Below are positions 17,611 to 26,466 of a stretch of DNA of 64,000 bases, one piece after another; position 1 is the first letter of the stretch; each line of letters begins with the position of its first letter. Both the position numbers and the translations under genes were made by a program. Origin of the DNA: a virus; IMG/VR virus record IMGVR_UViG_3300036715_001865, positions 32,001 to 96,000 of that record, one strand, 5' to 3'. Under the pieces are notes generated by a model that saw nothing but the letters and a program-made list of their open reading frames with translations, was not told the DNA's origin and did no database searches.

Positions 17611-18483
17611 CTATTTTGTGTTCCAGGGGATTGGTATGTTGTTACTTTGTAACAACTGTTCATATTCTAGTTTGGTCCACTTATTAGCTTGTTGAATTAT
17701 TGGCTCAGCTTCTGGCCATCTACCTTGAATAACATCTCTAGCATACCACACAGCAGCCTGTGGGTCGGTAATAATCCTAGCCTCTAACTGTTTATATCTT
17801 GTGAATGGTCTAGTTTTGGCTTTTCTGTATGCTTCCATTGGAGACATTTCTTGATGCCCGACAGTACTAACATGCGAATTTCTAATGGTTGCAATATGAT
17901 TAATTACTGAAGTGGAGAAAAATACAGCCATACTAGGTTCGTTCGGATTGACTATACCTTGCCCATTATCTATTACCCCTTCAATACCTACAGCACGTAA
18001 GTCTTTACGCAACTTAATAGAAATTTCAGAATTACTCATACCTTTATTTTTAAATTTTGGATACTGACCCAACCACACCGATTTAGCATCTTGCTTTGTT
18101 AATCGCTTGCTAATAGCTCCAACACTAGCTAATTTCTGTTTAATTTCTGGTGTTTGGCTACTGTTTGATAGAACCCATATGTTAGATCTGGTTGGAATAC
18201 TAAACACTTGAATGAATGGGGAACCACCTGCCCAAGGAATTTGGTCATGTTGATGAGATCTTATCACAAAATCAATTGGATATGAATAAATTCCTAAGGG
18301 AGTTTGAAATGAACTCCCTGGATTTATTCCTAATTTATTAATTTGGGTGAATGATACAAACAGGTTAGTAGGATCATCTGATTGGTCTCTTATATCAATT
18401 AATTGATCTGTTACTGATGTTCTAGTATTTTGATCTGGATTTTTTCTTGCTTCAATTAAAAATTCAATAAATGTGGGTTTCAT
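17611..18483 (-). CDS. Hypothetical late protein, possible packaged ADP-ribosyltransferase-like protein
   Basis: 'MKPTFIEFLIE' leader; 'GIYSYP...GIEGVID...EPSMAVFF'; late promoter at 18511-18518. Confidence 0.55.
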   Translation of the reverse strand: MKPTFIEFLIEARKNPDQNTRTSVTDQLIDIRDQSDDPTNLFVSFTQINKLGINPGSSFQTPLGIYSYPIDFVIRSHQHDQIPWAGGSPFIQVFSIPTRSNIWVLSNSSQTPEIKQKLASVGAISKRLTKQDAKSVWLGQYPKFKNKGMSNSEISIKLRKDLRAVGIEGVIDNGQGIVNPNEPSMAVFFSTSVINHIATIRNSHVSTVGHQEMSPMEAYRKAKTRPFTRYKQLEARIITDPQAAVWYARDVIQGRWPEAEPIIQQANKWTKLEYEQLLQSNNIPIPWNTK

Positions 18484-18510
18484 TTGTGTACCTACCTGTT
18501 GTTGTGTAGG

Positions 18511-18518
18511 TATTTATA
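18511..18518 (-). promoter_or_regulatory. Late promoter TATAAATA
   Basis: Exact consensus upstream of 18483. Confidence 0.85.
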
Positions 18519-18536
18519 CGGCCACCAAATGATTTG

Positions 18537-18989
18537 TTACTTACCAAACCAGATATGCGCAGGCTTCACTGCACATATAACACCCCACCTGTGATCGACA
18601 TAACCCCAATCTTCGACAAACACCCGCCAACCTAATTTATTACTACCATCATGGTCGAGATTTCTATCCCAACCAACACATTCTACTGTGGATGATTCAG
18701 GTGACTGTAACCATTTCCACACCTCTTGTATAGTTTCGTCTGCTGTTAAATCTGTTGGATGTCGGACAAACCCATCCCACGTTTCATCAGCATACCACAA
18801 AGCATCATCTGATACTTCGTCAAATATTTCATCAAAATCCATATTACCCATAATACCAGCCCACCAACTCATACCTCTTGGTGGAAGAGGGATAGGTTTC
18901 CCAGCTCTGGCCATATCAGCCCACTCTCCAACAAACCCTCTAATACAAATCATTTGTTGTATCGGTCCTGTTAATTGTTCTAATTTCAT
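18537..18989 (-). CDS. Hypothetical Trp-rich phage protein
   Basis: 150-aa ORF with SD AAGGA and late promoter at 19021-19028. Confidence 0.7.
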   Translation of the reverse strand: MKLEQLTGPIQQMICIRGFVGEWADMARAGKPIPLPPRGMSWWAGIMGNMDFDEIFDEVSDDALWYADETWDGFVRHPTDLTADETIQEVWKWLQSPESSTVECVGWDRNLDHDGSNKLGWRVFVEDWGYVDHRWGVICAVKPAHIWFGK

Positions 18990-19020
18990 AGTATTTCCTT
19001 GTTTCTGTAAGTTATTGAAT

Positions 19021-19028
19021 TATTTATA
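19021..19028 (-). promoter_or_regulatory. Late promoter TATAAATA
   Basis: Exact consensus upstream of 18989. Confidence 0.85.
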
Positions 19029-19122
19029 TAACAACCCATACTCCTTAAAAATATCAGGAACAAACTCTTTTAATTTATCTTTGCTCCCAATATTCTCTCT
19101 CCAACCTAACATTTGTAAGTTA

Positions 19123-20772
19123 TCAGGATGAGCACATACTAAATTTTAATGTTCCACAATCCCACACTCTATAAAAACCATGATTAACCATGTTTTGATA
19201 CTCAGTTAATGTGGCGTCATAATTTGGTAGGGTATTTTTAATAATATCTTTTCTATAGTTCCATCTATGTTTCCGCTGCCCGTTTACCACATAAAAATAT
19301 GCTGGAGGATTAGTTGCTACTAAATTGAACCCCAGTTGGTAATACATATTACCAACGCTCCACCGTATGTCAGCAAAACTATATATTTCTTTCCAACTGT
19401 GATTTCTCTTAAAATGGGTCAATAATTTAGATGCTATCCCCGGAATACGGTAGTCAACATCTGTACAAAATCTACTTAATTCCCATATCCCTTCTTTTGA
19501 TTTTGTTTTATCTTTTTGTCCCAAAGCTACTCTAGGTGAAGTCCATGTCATGACAGATATTAATTTATCGTTATAATATGCTCCGTAACACAACTGAGAA
19601 TTATCATTCCCCTGAACGTGGTTGGCATTCAATAACGATTTTTTTTCTTCAGGTGTACAATATTTAATGACACAATTACGAGCATGTATTTTTTCAGCAC
19701 TTCCTGTAAATGTGTAATGTTTTAATTTTGCGGTCAATAAATCAACATTTTCCATTTCGTCCTCAAACAATACAATAAAAGGTGTAGCAGATTCTTTAAA
19801 TGCTTTATATATAGCCAACCCACTTTTTAAATTCGCATACGATTTGTCCAATGGCAGTACTATAATAGCTCTATTTGAAGCTTCATCATACACTGTCACA
19901 ATAATATCAGCAATTTTTATAAAAGGTTTGCTATTAGGAAATATACCCATCAATGTTTTAGCGTACTGTTCCAATTTTGTATTAGTTGAAATAAACTGAA
20001 AAAACAACGGAGGGATAGTTCCTTTAATATGATTTCGAGAGCCAACATTTTCCAACCATCCAATCATTTGAAGATTAGAATCGTCAGCACACATCTCAGG
20101 TGGGATATTATTATCAAAACAAAACCGTTTAGGTACAATATGGTCTAAATGATACGCTCCATCTACACCTGCTTTCCCTCGTTTTAAATTAAGGGGATTA
20201 ATCTTTTTCTTATGCTTTTTATATACTTGTTCCGTCAAAGCTGTTACAGTAGCCTTATATTGTTGCCATTCTGTAGCAGTTTCTTTCCATTTAGCTGAAT
20301 TTGCCTTTGACCAAGCTGTTAATGGAGCAACTCTTTTCAATGGTCCACACACTCCACATTCTACTTCCATTTCTAATAAATTAGTTGGAGTACAATGAAA
20401 TTCGTGGCCACAATGGATATTTTTAACTAACAATTTAGAGTAAGTGTTTTCGTTTAATAAATGCCTACGACCATCATAATTTGGTGTTAGTATTATTATT
20501 CCTCTTTCTAATAATTTTTTCAAATTTAAATCCCTAGAAATAGAATATTTCTGGTCTCTTTTGTTAGTATTACAGGTAGGACATCCAGATACTCCATATT
20601 TTTTATATGTTTGTCTTTTGGATAAAGGAGTAGCAGTCCATATATGATTACAGGTCATACATTGCATTTTGTGGTGTTTTTTAGTTCCAATAAATGGTTC
20701 TAAAAGTTTAATGTGGTTTTCAGTTTCTAACAATAATGGATAATTATTATTAAATTCTCCTTCTTTTGGCAT
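19123..20772 (-). CDS. HNH endonuclease fused to a degenerate PD-(D/E)XK domain and a GNAT/Mom-like module
   Basis: Two CxxC ribbons; YHLDHIVP...NLQMI...EN..S.N HNH motif; NHVQG...WELSRF...SFADIRW...VWDCG. Confidence 0.8.
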   Translation of the reverse strand: MPKEGEFNNNYPLLLETENHIKLLEPFIGTKKHHKMQCMTCNHIWTATPLSKRQTYKKYGVSGCPTCNTNKRDQKYSISRDLNLKKLLERGIIILTPNYDGRRHLLNENTYSKLLVKNIHCGHEFHCTPTNLLEMEVECGVCGPLKRVAPLTAWSKANSAKWKETATEWQQYKATVTALTEQVYKKHKKKINPLNLKRGKAGVDGAYHLDHIVPKRFCFDNNIPPEMCADDSNLQMIGWLENVGSRNHIKGTIPPLFFQFISTNTKLEQYAKTLMGIFPNSKPFIKIADIIVTVYDEASNRAIIVLPLDKSYANLKSGLAIYKAFKESATPFIVLFEDEMENVDLLTAKLKHYTFTGSAEKIHARNCVIKYCTPEEKKSLLNANHVQGNDNSQLCYGAYYNDKLISVMTWTSPRVALGQKDKTKSKEGIWELSRFCTDVDYRIPGIASKLLTHFKRNHSWKEIYSFADIRWSVGNMYYQLGFNLVATNPPAYFYVVNGQRKHRWNYRKDIIKNTLPNYDATLTEYQNMVNHGFYRVWDCGTLKFSMCSS

Positions 20773-20798
20773 AATATTTTCTCCTGGGGTTTACTGAT

Positions 20799-20827
20799 AT
20801 TATACCTTATTTATGATTATATTTCAA
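20799..20827 (-). promoter_or_regulatory. sigma70-type promoter
   Basis: TTGAAA(20827-20822)-N17-TATAAT(20804-20799). Confidence 0.8.
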
Positions 20828-20863
20828 CTCCTTACTAGTCGTTGGAGTTTCCTAGGAGATGAT

Positions 20864-20892
20864 TTAAAACCCCGCAAAATGCGGGGTTTTAA
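20864..20892 (-). terminator. Intrinsic terminator after the major capsid gene
   Basis: TTAAAACCCCGCA-TTT-TGCGGGGTTTTAA stem-loop 13 nt after the stop codon. Confidence 0.85.
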
Positions 20893-20904
20893 GGGGGGTA
20901 AAGA

Positions 20905-22332
20905 TTAAGCGAATTGGAAATTGCTTACATTAATTTTACCGTAGTAGTCGGCACTGTTTCCCAAAGATGTTTGGCTTTGAGTGAATGCTGTTTTACCGTA
21001 ACGAGTCATCATAGAAACAACTGGTTGGAAGGTAACTGGGCTGATAACAACACCAGAAGACATCAATGGAATGTAAGGGCAGTAGAAGTAACCAGTATCA
21101 GTTTCTCCATTTCCACCTTTGTAACCAACTAAGATTACGTCATTAACAGCAGCACCTAAGCCAGAGACTTGGTTCCACAAATATGAGTAAACTTTGATAG
21201 TACCGTTCAGAGTACCAACTAACATTGTGTTGTTAGGACCTTTGAATGAACCAGATACAGCAGGAGCAAAAACTGATTTTGCAGCTGATTGTAAAATAGA
21301 AACAACCATTGGAGAAACAACGATAAAGTTACCTGGGCCACGACGAGTCTTACGAGCAATTTCGTTTGCTACTGCGTTGATAACGATTCCCAAGTTAGCA
21401 AAACGATCACCCAAGTAAGCAGGTTGGTATTGAGGACCCAAACCGATAGTTGCGTAGTCATAAGTACCAACAGTACCAGCCAATGCAATCAAGTCAGATA
21501 AAATTTCAGAGTCAATTTCTTGTACGATTTCAGCAGAAACCACTTGAGACAATTCACTTTCAAGATCCAAACCGTGTTGTGATTTTAAATCTTGCATAGC
21601 TTCAATAGTCCAACCAGCTTGCAATTTACGAGTACCAGCTTCAACAGCTTGAGAAATAACTTCCAACTTCATAGTACGACCACCAGATCCTTCAATGAAA
21701 GAACCAGAACCACCATACAAACGACCAGCATAAGATTGACCCATTTGGTCAGGACCGTAAGGACCGAACAAAGAGTTGTCATAAGCAGGTAAGCTTGATG
21801 GCCAAGCACCTTTAGAAGCAGCAGCACTAATTGCTACAGGACCTGAAGTTCCATCAGTACCAGTAGAAGAAATACCACCTGCACCAGCAGCTTGAGCATC
21901 AGGAGTACCAGCAACAGCACCAGCACCACTTGAGTAAAATTGACGTAGAGCAGGGTTGTTACCAAATAGCTCATCGTTAGCAGTAATGTTAGCAGCATTT
22001 GCAGCTCCCCATGGAGTAGCTGGAGTACTAGTAACAGATTCACCGTATTTGTAACGCATTGTGTAAACCAAGCCAACTGGACCTTGCATTGGTTGAACAC
22101 CAACGATTTCAGTTGCAATTGTACCTGGGATGATACGACGTATCATTGGGATTAAGATTTTACGGAAACCAGCGATGTCATTAGCTGCAACTGCACCTGA
22201 TGCTGCTGTTTCTGTTAAAATGTGATTTTTTTGGTTTTCAAGTAAAGTACCAACGATTCCTCTTTTGTGGGAATCTAACCCATCAAGAAGGGCGTCTTTA
22301 ACTTCTGACCAATTTTCGAATAATTCATTCAT
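20905..22332 (-). CDS. gp23: Major capsid protein
   Basis: 'ILIPMIRRIIPGTIATEIVGVQPMQGPVGLVYTMRY', 'RKLQAGWTIEAMQDL', 'YCPYIPL', 'MTRYG' are gp23 motifs. Start ATG 22332 follows AAGGAG. Confidence 0.97.
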   Translation of the reverse strand: MNELFENWSEVKDALLDGLDSHKRGIVGTLLENQKNHILTETAASGAVAANDIAGFRKILIPMIRRIIPGTIATEIVGVQPMQGPVGLVYTMRYKYGESVTSTPATPWGAANAANITANDELFGNNPALRQFYSSGAGAVAGTPDAQAAGAGGISSTGTDGTSGPVAISAAASKGAWPSSLPAYDNSLFGPYGPDQMGQSYAGRLYGGSGSFIEGSGGRTMKLEVISQAVEAGTRKLQAGWTIEAMQDLKSQHGLDLESELSQVVSAEIVQEIDSEILSDLIALAGTVGTYDYATIGLGPQYQPAYLGDRFANLGIVINAVANEIARKTRRGPGNFIVVSPMVVSILQSAAKSVFAPAVSGSFKGPNNTMLVGTLNGTIKVYSYLWNQVSGLGAAVNDVILVGYKGGNGETDTGYFYCPYIPLMSSGVVISPVTFQPVVSMMTRYGKTAFTQSQTSLGNSADYYGKINVSNFQFA

Positions 22333-22384
22333 TGTGTTTGCTCCTTGCAAAATAATAGCTTAGTTTTATTGTTTAAGTTTTGTG

Positions 22385-23320
22385 TTACTCAATACCTGCG
22401 ATTTTACGCAGTTGAGCTTTTTCGGCATCAGAAATAGAAGAAACTGATTGACGATCTTTGTGGTCAATAGCTGCCTCAGTGATCATTTGTTCTTGATTGT
22501 TTCCATTTCTAACAGTGCCTGTTACTTTTTTTGTTTTATTACCTTCAGCTAGTACTTTGTGTTCCTTCCCTGAAGCTGTTGATTCGTCTGATTCTTTCAA
22601 CACACGTCCAACGTAAACCTGGTAAGCGTCTTCCAATAAAGATGTATCAACATTTTTCAGAATAGCTTCCATTACTTCTTTTGTACGGCCTGATAATGGT
22701 TGTAACACTTTTTCCATTTTCATGCTTCTTTCTAAACGCGCAGTTTTTCTTTCTGATTCTTCCAAAGCAGATAGTGCATCTTCCAAGCGATATTCTGCTT
22801 CAGTAAGTGCTGCTTCAGTGGAATTATCACCAGCATAATGCTGTTTAAATTCTTTTACAAATGCTTCAAAAACATTTCTACCGAATTCATTTTTCTTAAC
22901 TACTTCAAAGTCTTCACGCAATTCGTTCAACTCAGTAGCTAATCTAACTTCAAAAAATGTATCCATTTTTTCGACTAATTGGCCCATGTCTTTTTTCAAG
23001 ACTCTTGCCATATTAGATTTAGTTTCAACTAATTTAGTTGCATATTCAGTTTCCAAATCTCTGAAGCGTTCAATATCTTCACGCAATTCATTCAATTCGT
23101 CTGTCAATGCTTCTGTTACTTTCGCGTCCAATGCTTCGATTAAAGTTTCTCTTTCTTCAATCCACTGTTCGTTCAATTTAGCAGTTACCAATGCTGTAGC
23201 ATTAGCACGAGCTTCATCAATAGTTTCAGTCAGCTGTTTTGCAAACGCGGATTCCAATTCTGCTTTGGTATCTTCTGTCAAAATATCTGCTGCTAACAAT
23301 TTTTTAAGCAGTTCGTTCAT
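22385..23320 (-). CDS. gp22: Prohead core scaffolding protein
   Basis: Acidic coiled coil between protease and capsid genes; start ATG 23320 follows AAAGGAG; late promoter at 23424-23431. Confidence 0.85.
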   Translation of the reverse strand: MNELLKKLLAADILTEDTKAELESAFAKQLTETIDEARANATALVTAKLNEQWIEERETLIEALDAKVTEALTDELNELREDIERFRDLETEYATKLVETKSNMARVLKKDMGQLVEKMDTFFEVRLATELNELREDFEVVKKNEFGRNVFEAFVKEFKQHYAGDNSTEAALTEAEYRLEDALSALEESERKTARLERSMKMEKVLQPLSGRTKEVMEAILKNVDTSLLEDAYQVYVGRVLKESDESTASGKEHKVLAEGNKTKKVTGTVRNGNNQEQMITEAAIDHKDRQSVSSISDAEKAQLRKIAGIE

Positions 23321-23423
23321 ATTAAAATCTCCTTTGTTCCTATTATGTTGAATATTTATGGTACCTCCCATTCTTTCACAAGAAAATGTTTTCATACCAT
23401 AAGTGGACCACACAGTATATGCA

Positions 23424-23431
23424 TATTTATA
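23424..23431 (-). promoter_or_regulatory. Late promoter TATAAATA (scaffold/capsid)
   Basis: Exact consensus. Confidence 0.85.
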
Positions 23432-23446
23432 CTGAGTGATGCTTTT

Positions 23447-24082
23447 TTATTTTTTTACAAACAACCCTGTTGATAACCATTTCAGTATTTCTTTTTTAAG
23501 GTATTGTTGTGCTGCATCGTCATGTTGAACATGTTCAGATAAGGTCATAATACTATGTCCATTCTTTGCTTGTTGTAATGATTCATAAATGCTACCAGGA
23601 TACGCTTCAGGTGCAGATGGTTGAGCAACAATATCAACAGTAATAAACTGAAATCCAGTTACACCACCACTTTCATTAACATTACCAGCACCTCTACTTG
23701 ATACTCCAACTTTAACATCATTTTTAATCAACTCTTGAGCAATACTACCCATTGGAGTGTTTAATAATTTTGCTTTACCGTATGCATTGTTGTCCTTCAT
23801 CCACATTTCTGTAATAACATGAGATACTCGGTCTAAATTAATTTGTAATGATTGTGGATGATCTAATTCACCCATGATTCCATTTTGTTCCATAATTCTA
23901 GCTTTTGTTCCATGTACAGCTGCAGCAATTTCTGATAATTGGTATTCTCTACCATTACGGTTTTTAACACCAGCCATCATCATAATTCCATTTAGCCATA
24001 AATGTTTTCCATCATTTACAGATTCTGTAATAAGTCTACATTCTGATGGGTATAGTTCTTCTATTAATATTTGGGCTGCCAT
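23447..24082 (-). CDS. gp21: Prohead protease
   Basis: 'KNRNGREY', 'GELDHP', 'LDRVSHVI', 'GVSSRGAG', 'DIVAQPSAPEAY'. Confidence 0.97.
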   Translation of the reverse strand: MAAQILIEELYPSECRLITESVNDGKHLWLNGIMMMAGVKNRNGREYQLSEIAAAVHGTKARIMEQNGIMGELDHPQSLQINLDRVSHVITEMWMKDNNAYGKAKLLNTPMGSIAQELIKNDVKVGVSSRGAGNVNESGGVTGFQFITVDIVAQPSAPEAYPGSIYESLQQAKNGHSIMTLSEHVQHDDAAQQYLKKEILKWLSTGLFVKK

Positions 24083-24116
24083 TTTTGGGCTCCTTTGTGA
24101 TAATTTATATTGTACA

Positions 24117-24124
24117 TATTTATA
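24117..24124 (-). promoter_or_regulatory. Late promoter TATAAATA (protease)
   Basis: Exact consensus. Confidence 0.85.
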
Positions 24125-24166
24125 AGTCCTATTAAATTATGAGAGGTTTCTGTTATCGATAGGCAC

Positions 24167-24208
24167 AAAAAACCCCCTATGGTAGGTTATACCAGTAAGG
24201 GGGGTTTT

Positions 24209-24210
<2 letters not shown>
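24167..24210 (-). terminator. Terminator-like stem-loop after the acidic core gene
   Basis: C-run/G-run stem flanked by A6/T6, with inner TGGTA/TACCA pairing. Confidence 0.65.
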
Positions 24211-24541
<331 letters not shown>

Positions 24542-24724
24542 TTAAATGCTCCTATATAGGGGTTAATGTGTTCCACGTGAACGTATTGGTTACTATTATT
24601 TATGAAAGCGTGGTCATTATGTTTATTAATATTTATTAATACGAGGTGCATCCCACTATATGTGGGTATTCCCCTAGAAAATTAAGGTTAAAATTTTGTA
24701 TTAGATTAACCTTATTTTGTTGTA

Positions 24725-26389
24725 TTACTTAGCTGGAGGAGGTACTTCCGCAGCTGGTTCTGGTGTTGCTTCACCACCTTCCATTCCACCTATATCACCT
24801 TCCATTCCGCCCATATCACCTTCCATTCCAGGTAGACTTCCAGCCATCATGCCGCCACCCATTCCGCCCATGCCACCCATGTCCATAGCTCCTTCAGCTG
24901 GTGGAGGACCATACATAGTAAGGAAATCTTCTTTTGTTAATTTATCAGGATCCATACCCAATTCTTCTGCTCTTAATCGTTGGTTTACCAACACTTCTTC
25001 ATCAGTCAATTGTAAGTATTTGGTCATAGTAAATCGTTTAGATAAATGTTCTACACCATTTGCTTGGCTATATGTGCTCAATAAGTCATTATCTAATTGT
25101 TGTTGTCTGTAAATTCCAAAGTTTTCTGGTTCTGGTAATTTGATTCGAAAAATTGATGGGTCAGCATTTATTCCAGCATTTTTTAAATATCGTTTGAACT
25201 CACTATCCATAACACGAGAAATATAGTTTTGCAATCGTTTGATATACATTGCAAAACGTAATTCTTGGATATAAGCAACCCCAGATTTTCCATCATTAAT
25301 AACTGCGTTATCTTGTCCTTCTCTCATGTAGGACAATGGTATTCTTAATCCTCTAAACACCTTCCATTGGAAATATTCCAAATCAGCCAATTCTCCCAAC
25401 CCTTGACCACCAGGTAAAGTTTCTACTTTATTTCCCCTACCATCTGGACGTTGCGCAAAGAAAAAGTCTTCATTCATACTTTGTGGGTTATACACAGAGT
25501 CAACTTGGTCAACACCACCTCCCATGGTTGGGATTTTACGTTGTCGAATTTCATTTTTAATACCTTCCAAGTATGACTTTACTCGTTGTGGAGGCATTTT
25601 ACCAACATCAATATAGAATACACGGCGTTCTGGAGCACGTTGGATACGGTAAATAATAATAGCATCTTCCAATAATTCTTTTTGTTTTTGGGCTCTATAC
25701 ACTGCTCTAAGGATTGATTCTCCAAAAGGGGCAGATTCACCAATGTCATCATTTAGGGTAAACCAAATTACCTCATCAGCTGCAAATGTGTCAACTAATT
25801 CATTAGAGTAGCTACCCATCTGTCCAATTGGTTGGTTGTATGGAGAGTTTGGCACTTTAGTTTCGCGTTTAATTTGCCAACCAACAACTCTAGTCATATC
25901 TCTATCATCTACAATTGCTGCTACTACATTCTTAGCATTTACGTATTCCCACTTAGCTGTTTCTTTTGATCGAATGAAAAAGCAATCACCATACTTAATA
26001 GTAACTCTTGCAATTTTATACAATCTAATATTCCAATCATGTAAATCAGACCAATACCGCAATGAAGCTCGAAGTGTCATAACTATAGAACTTGGAATAT
26101 TTTGTTCCTTTTCATTTTCGATAACCAATTCTAGTGGTAGATCGCTATTGGGGTTTGAACCAATCATTTCTTCAGCTATAGTGTCCAAACTTCTACTGAT
26201 TTCGACATCATTATCCATAAGATCATATTCTCTATATCTGGTAAGTCGTGAAGCAGAACCTTGTACTAAGCGTTGATACCAAGTATAATTTGCATATACA
26301 CCTTGGTCACCAATGCTTTGACTGTCACTCATTGTAGTTATACCTGCCTTAGGTGTAACAATTTTAAAATAATCTTGTAGTTTGGACAT
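24725..26389 (-). CDS. gp20: Portal protein
   Basis: 'LLEDAIIIYRIQRAPERRVFYIDVGKMPPQRVKSYL', 'EDFFFAQR..GRG..VETLPGGQ.LGE..D..YF'. Confidence 0.97.
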   Translation of the reverse strand: MSKLQDYFKIVTPKAGITTMSDSQSIGDQGVYANYTWYQRLVQGSASRLTRYREYDLMDNDVEISRSLDTIAEEMIGSNPNSDLPLELVIENEKEQNIPSSIVMTLRASLRYWSDLHDWNIRLYKIARVTIKYGDCFFIRSKETAKWEYVNAKNVVAAIVDDRDMTRVVGWQIKRETKVPNSPYNQPIGQMGSYSNELVDTFAADEVIWFTLNDDIGESAPFGESILRAVYRAQKQKELLEDAIIIYRIQRAPERRVFYIDVGKMPPQRVKSYLEGIKNEIRQRKIPTMGGGVDQVDSVYNPQSMNEDFFFAQRPDGRGNKVETLPGGQGLGELADLEYFQWKVFRGLRIPLSYMREGQDNAVINDGKSGVAYIQELRFAMYIKRLQNYISRVMDSEFKRYLKNAGINADPSIFRIKLPEPENFGIYRQQQLDNDLLSTYSQANGVEHLSKRFTMTKYLQLTDEEVLVNQRLRAEELGMDPDKLTKEDFLTMYGPPPAEGAMDMGGMGGMGGGMMAGSLPGMEGDMGGMEGDIGGMEGGEATPEPAAEVPPPAK

Positions 26390-26428
26390 TCTATAGTTGC
26401 CTTTTGATGTGTATAAGTTTATATTATG

Positions 26429-26436
26429 TATTTATA
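26429..26436 (-). promoter_or_regulatory. Late promoter TATAAATA (portal)
   Basis: Exact consensus. Confidence 0.85.
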
Positions 26437-26466
26437 TCGACTATTGGGAAGGTTAAAATCAACCAT

